Shown here piece after piece: positions 61,992 through 64,000 of a DNA stretch of 64,000 bases. Source of the DNA: Bacteroidota bacterium (GTDB lineage Bacteria > Bacteroidota > Bacteroidia > J057); contig JBCCQN010000005.1 in assembly GCA_039024315.1 (NCBI GenBank), positions 23,469 to 87,468 on the forward strand, written 5' to 3'. The translations under genes and the position numbers were made by a program. The stretch's first letter is position 1; every line of letters starts with the position of its first letter. The notes beneath the pieces were generated by a model. The model was not told the origin of the DNA and searched no databases. It saw only the letters and a list, made by a program, of their open reading frames with translations.

Positions 61992-63803
61992 CTAAAACCT
62001 AGCGTTCAAAAGTCGATTATATTCAAATTGCTTACTGACGATTTCGCCTTGCAGGTACTTTTCGATCACACAAGCGCTCAAGGGAGCGGCCCAACGCCCA
62101 CCTCCACCAGCATTTTCAATAATGGCAGCAATCGCAATACGCGGACGCTCTGCAGGAGCAAAACCAAGAAAAACAGAGTGATCTTCCCCATGAGGATTCT
62201 CTACCGTACCTGTTTTGCCAGCGACATCCACTCCCTCAATGATCGCCCTGCGTGCAGTACCCGAAGCGACTACTTGTACCATCGCATCTATAACCGTACG
62301 AAAGTGGTAAGGGGAGATTTCGGTATCGATAGTATCATAGGAGACGCGATTCCAATAATTTTCATCTCCACGGACAGCCTTCAAAAAGTGCGGTTTGACA
62401 TAGGTCCCACGATTAGCGATCAAGGTGGCAAGATTAGCCATTTGCAAGGGCGTCATCAAGATTTCACCTTGGCCGATAGAGTTACTGATAATGGTAGTCG
62501 CAATCCAACGATTGTGCCCATACCAGCGATCATACATTTTGCCTGAAGGCAGCTTACCGGGTTTTTCATAAGGGATATCCACTCCCAGCTCCCGACCAAG
62601 CCCCATCCGGTCCATGTAGCCCCGCCAAACGTCAAAGGCTTCATAAATGCTATCATACTGGTGATGATGCAAGAAGTCCATATAAGTAGCGGCAAAATAG
62701 GAGTTGCAAGAATGCTTGATGGCATTGTCTAGAGCGAGAGGGGTCACGTGAAAGCGACAACCTGGCTTTCCTTTATTGCGGCTAAAGCCACCCCCACAAC
62801 TATAATAAGTATTTTCGGTAATAATGCCTTCGTTTAAAGCCGCGAGGGCATTGGCCAATTTATAGATCGATCCCGGTGGGTAAGCAGCCATCAAAGGCCT
62901 ATTGAAAAGTGGCTTAAGCGAATCTCGTTGTAGCCGCCGCCAATTGGTATGCTGCTCGCTACCAGTCAAAGAACTGGGATCATAGGTAGGTGCGCTCACA
63001 AAGGCGAGGATTTCACCAGTTGAGGGCTCTATAGCTACAATACTGCCTCTCTTTCCTTGCATCAAGGCTTCGCCGAACGCTTGTAACTCGGTATCTATAC
63101 CCAACATCATGTCCTGACCTTTGACCGCCGCCGTATCATAACGTTGTTTGGCATAGCTTCCTACTTCTCGATTATGCACATCAACCAAAATCTTTCTTTG
63201 GCCCTGCACCCCTCGTAAAGTAGTATCATGACTGTGTTCGATCCCCGTCTTGCCGACTAGGTCCCCAATTCGGTATTTACCGCGTGAGGATTTAATATCG
63301 GAAGAGTCAACCTCTGAAATGTAACCTAGGATATTGGCTCCTACTGGATATTCATAATGTCTTTTGTTACTGACGCTGAAGCTAATTCCCCGAGCATCCC
63401 ACAATGCCTCTTGCAATATCCCGCAAGTCTCTAGATCTAGATGTTGCGCAATGACTGACTCTTTATAGCTGCTATATTTTGCGGCTTTGGCAATAGCCCT
63501 ATCTAAATCCTCTTTGCTCATTTCGAGGTATTTGAGCAAAAGCGTAGTGTCTGGGATGTAAAGGTTACGTGGGGTAACCATCATCTTAAACATCGGTTGA
63601 TTGCTCACATAGATTTCGCCATATCGGTTATAGATATTACCGCGGGGCGGAACGATAGATTTGGTCTTGATGACATATTTGTCAGCCCGACGAGCGTATT
63701 CGGTACTGAGAACCTGGATCGAAAACAAGCGGGCACCAAAGCTTAGGAAAACCAAAGCAAAGAACAAGATGATAATACCGCCACGTACTTTTAACTGATC
63801 CAA
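61992..63803 (-). CDS. mrdA: Penicillin-binding protein 2 (elongasome transpeptidase)
   Basis: 603 aa with an N-terminal TM. The SxxK motif is PGSIYK, SxN is SCNSYF and KTG is GKTGT. Confidence 0.9.
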   Translation of the reverse strand: MDQLKVRGGIIILFFALVFLSFGARLFSIQVLSTEYARRADKYVIKTKSIVPPRGNIYNRYGEIYVSNQPMFKMMVTPRNLYIPDTTLLLKYLEMSKEDLDRAIAKAAKYSSYKESVIAQHLDLETCGILQEALWDARGISFSVSNKRHYEYPVGANILGYISEVDSSDIKSSRGKYRIGDLVGKTGIEHSHDTTLRGVQGQRKILVDVHNREVGSYAKQRYDTAAVKGQDMMLGIDTELQAFGEALMQGKRGSIVAIEPSTGEILAFVSAPTYDPSSLTGSEQHTNWRRLQRDSLKPLFNRPLMAAYPPGSIYKLANALAALNEGIITENTYYSCGGGFSRNKGKPGCRFHVTPLALDNAIKHSCNSYFAATYMDFLHHHQYDSIYEAFDVWRGYMDRMGLGRELGVDIPYEKPGKLPSGKMYDRWYGHNRWIATTIISNSIGQGEILMTPLQMANLATLIANRGTYVKPHFLKAVRGDENYWNRVSYDTIDTEISPYHFRTVIDAMVQVVASGTARRAIIEGVDVAGKTGTVENPHGEDHSVFLGFAPAERPRIAIAAIIENAGGGGRWAAPLSACVIEKYLQGEIVSKQFEYNRLLNARF

Positions 63804-63815
63804 AAGAGTATAAGC

Positions 63816-64000
63816 TTATCGTTTATAAAAAATATAACTGAGGACAAAACAAAGCAAGAAAGTGTACAAAGTACTTGCCCCTATTTTGATGAGCGTTCGG
63901 AAGAAGTCCTGAAAACTCAGAACCTCTAAGAAAAAGTAAGCAAGATTGTGCAAAAAGGTCAAGGTCAATAGATAGATCACAAACCAAATCGCAGACTGAT
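63816..64000 (-). CDS. mreD: Probable rod shape-determining protein MreD (C-terminal part; gene runs off the right edge)
   Basis: My own minus-strand translation gives ..QSAIWFVIYLLTLTFLHNLAYFFLEVLSFQDFFRTLIKIGASTLYTFLLCFVLSYIFYKR*. It is a hydrophobic small protein in the position usually occupied by mreD upstream of mrdA. Confidence 0.5.
   Translation of the reverse strand, partial: QSAIWFVIYLLTLTFLHNLAYFFLEVLSFQDFFRTLIKIGASTLYTFLLCFVLSYIFYKR

Noticed and set aside
62028-62546. 172-aa plus-strand ORF
   Set aside because: It is antisense to PBP2, which has the SxxK, SxN and KTG motifs in the minus frame.

Overview
This is a chromosomal segment that looks like a Bacteroidota genome. Supporting signs are three cargo proteins with T9SS C-terminal sorting tails, one of them carrying SprB-type repeats, and a GH3/LptB gene pair. 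I could not run any database search, so every call rests on motifs I can read in the translations.

I see about 55 protein-coding genes. I found no rRNA, tRNA, CRISPR array, transposase or integrase.

The recognisable housekeeping genes are:
- a partial RavA-like AAA+ ATPase
- two S41 C-terminal processing peptidases and an HtrA/DegP protease
- upp, lptB, recJ, rpmH-rnpA and an isolated nuoM
- the mreD(partial)-mrdA-rodA elongasome genes

The window is unusually rich in proteases: two S41, HtrA, M14, two caspase-fold proteins and one transglutaminase-fold protein.

The most interesting region is a co-directional, visibly AT-richer block on the minus strand at 32913-43811. Two intact caspase-fold (C14-like) proteases bracket two paralogous TPR-sensor histidine kinase / LuxR regulator pairs. 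One caspase is tightly coupled to a divergent Hsp90/HtpG-like GHKL ATPase. The other heads an apparent four-gene operon: metacaspase, 137-aa protein, TPR kinase, LuxR regulator. This arrangement does not match any named defence or cell-death system I know, and I flag it as the candidate novel system.

Other observations:
- a 215-bp near-identical gene-conversion tract between the two otherwise diverged kinase genes
- two dispersed intergenic repeat families, one REP/MITE-like and one carrying a perfect 16-nt palindrome
- an 8-bp microsatellite
- a TonB-dependent receptor remnant with an internal deletion
- tandem beta-barrel-LysM outer membrane paralogues
- an attenuator-like terminator immediately upstream of the AAA+ ATPase gene
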